Part shown: one piece after another, positions 62,193 through 64,000 of the stretch | Position numbering within the stretch: the first letter of the stretch is position 1 | Layout of the letters: each line of letters starts with the position of its first letter | Source: Macrostomum lignano | Taxonomy: Eukaryota | Length of the DNA: 64,000 nt | Assembly (NCBI GenBank): GCA_002269645.1 | Contig: NIVC01001788.1 | Coordinates: 1-64,000, forward strand | Direction: 5' to 3' | Made by a program: the position numbers and the translations under genes | The notes under the pieces: model-generated | The model's input: the letters and a program-made list of their open reading frames with translations, nothing else | What the model was told of the DNA's origin: nothing | Database searches by the model: none

Positions 62193-62657
62193 CTACCAGG
62201 GTCGCCAGATCGAACCTTGACAGTTGTGGGACTGCGCCTGCTGCGGATGTTGATGCTGCTGTGATGCAGCCGCTGGTTGACGGTTGCCAACATCAGCCAA
62301 AGCTGGTCGCTGCTGCTTCTGCTGCTGTTGCTGCTGCTGCTGCCCAGTCCTGGCTCCCAGGTAAGCCAGCGTCATCTCCAAGATGTCCAGCTTCTCCAGC
62401 TTCTGCGCCTGAGCTGGCGACATGTCTCGGCCTAGTTCGCTTGCTAGCAGCACAGTCTTGAGCTGCTCCAGGCAGTCGTTGATCCTCGCTCGCCGTTTGC
62501 GCTCCATCAGCTGTTTGGCCAATCGCCGATCCCCAATCTGTGAGTCCTCTGTAGCAGCTGCGAGAGAGTGCAGCATGTCTGCTGACTCCTTTTCTGCTTT
62601 TCGACTGCGAAGATTGCTCCGATGCGATTTCTGCTTCTGCTGTTGCTGCTGTTGCAT
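62193..62657 (-). CDS. HES: Hairy/E(spl)-family bHLH repressor, single exon, 154 aa, WRPW C-terminus, no Orange domain
   Basis: RRLAKQLMERKRRARINDCLEQLK...KLEKLDILEMTLAYL (HES-type bHLH) and a terminal WRPW Groucho-binding motif. Confidence 0.88.
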   Translation of the reverse strand: MQQQQQQKQKSHRSNLRSRKAEKESADMLHSLAAATEDSQIGDRRLAKQLMERKRRARINDCLEQLKTVLLASELGRDMSPAQAQKLEKLDILEMTLAYLGARTGQQQQQQQQKQQRPALADVGNRQPAAASQQHQHPQQAQSHNCQGSIWRPW

Positions 62658-62739
62658 GATGTAGTAATTTAATAAAGAACAATAAGTATTATAGAATATA
62701 GAAGTTTTTCAAGATTTATCCAAGTCTTTTGATTTGGAG

Positions 62740-62960
62740 TGTTCTATATATAGCATCGGACCCACTCCAGGCCCCAACCCCCCGCCCTCCCACCCAACCC
62801 AGCGGGGGTCCGCATTCTTTGGCGCGAGTTTTGCCACCCCCCACTCTCTCTCTCGCCAATAGCAGCCAATAGGAATCGAGGAGACGAATTGGCCCCACCG
62901 CGGCTCCGCGCGCCAGTTGCGTCACACTGCCACCGGCAGGCAAGACAGAAACACGCGCGG
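62740..62960 (-). promoter_or_regulatory. Putative HES proximal promoter
   Basis: TATATATAG about 90 nt upstream of the ATG (62744-62752), a GGGCGG GC box near 62781, three CCAAT/ATTGG boxes (62856-62892) and a class C site CACGCG (62952-62957). Confidence 0.5.
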
Positions 62961-63504
62961 TTCTCCATTCCACTAACTCTCTTGCCTATAATCCCTATTT
63001 CTATTCTCTTCCCAAGCCTCGAGGCAAATCCAATGATGACATCGGGGTTCAGCGTCAGCTCCTGCAAACACCTATGTTATACATTTTCACCTATTATTAT
63101 ATACTGTTTGACTTGACTTGGGTGTCATCGACCGGACAGGAAGGGAATGAGAAATTAACACTTGAGGGATTAAAACTGGCCCTGCAAGAATTAAGAGACA
63201 GGGTTTGTCTCATCAGACAGGCGAAACAATGCGAGGACCGGATCGTAGCGCGCGTTTTTTATCCCAAAATTGATGGCCTTCAGTCAGAGCTGCTATACTT
63301 CTCTTAAATGCCCCCACCCACCCACGTCTCACAGTGGTCCCGCTGTGAGCAGGGTAATTGTTGGCCCTGCTTAAGTGATTCCTTTCTTGGATATTTTGTT
63401 AGTTCAATCGATTCTCGTTGAAATTCAATTGTAAACACTTGGAGCTTCATGGTAGAACTTGGCCATTGGGTGTTTTAACATCCATGACTTAGATTCTTGT
63501 GTCT

Positions 63505-64000
63505 CAGCTATGACCCATCGGATTATTTTGTCTCAGTTATGACCCATTGGATTATTGTGTCTCAACTATGACCCATCGGATTATTGTGTCTCAGCTATGA
63601 CCCATTGGATTATTGTGTCTCAACTATGACCCATCGGATTATTGTGTCTCAGCTATGACCCATCGGATTATTGTGTCTCAGCTATGACCCATCGGATTAT
63701 TTTGTCTCAGCTATGACCCATTGGATTATTGTGTCTCAGCTATGACCCATCGGATTATTTTGTCTCAGCTATGACCCATTGGATTATTGTGTCTCAACTA
63801 TGACCCATCGGATTATTGTGTCTCAGCTATGACCCATCGGATTATTGTGTCTCAGCTATGACCCATCGGATTATTGTGTCTCATCTATGACCCATCGGAT
63901 TATTGTGTCTCAGCTATGACCCATCGGATTATTGTGTCTCAGCTATGACCCATCGGATTATTGTGTCTCATCTATGACCCTTTGGATTATTGTGTCTCAT
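63505..64000. repeat. 29-bp minisatellite (tatgacccatcggattattgtgtctcagc), runs off the window end
   Basis: About 17 copies visible. Confidence 0.92.

Overview
This is eukaryotic (metazoan) genomic DNA, not prokaryotic. GC-rich exons with poly-Ala/Gln tracts, minisatellite-stuffed introns and AT-rich spacers resemble a free-living flatworm such as Macrostomum (inference only). I reconstructed spliced gene models by hand from splice signals and remembered protein-family motifs. Minus strand: ABTB1 (4 exons, one +1 frameshift), endoplasmin/GRP94 (3 exons, KEEL on a 15-nt last coding exon, ERSE-like promoter element), hormone-sensitive lipase (3 exons), an orphan TSR-like type I membrane protein (2 exons), FIG4 (4+ exons, a GC-AG intron holding a ~4.1 kb decayed element), two near-identical RPLP1 copies with an unusual GFDLFG tail, and an Orange-less HES/WRPW bHLH gene. 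Plus strand: a FAM53/simplet-like gene. About 20 minisatellite arrays (15-45 bp units) fill most introns and many spacers, and several belong to shared dispersed families. Mobile DNA includes a decayed mariner, a Tc1-like IR/DR deletion derivative with a reconstructable TA empty site, and several MITEs. Most long ORFs in the track over 3.6-4.1, 9.2-10, 16-17.8, 47.6-50.4, 53.7-55 and 60.3-60.8 kb are artefacts of repeats. No database searches or alignments were run; homology calls rest on recalled motifs.
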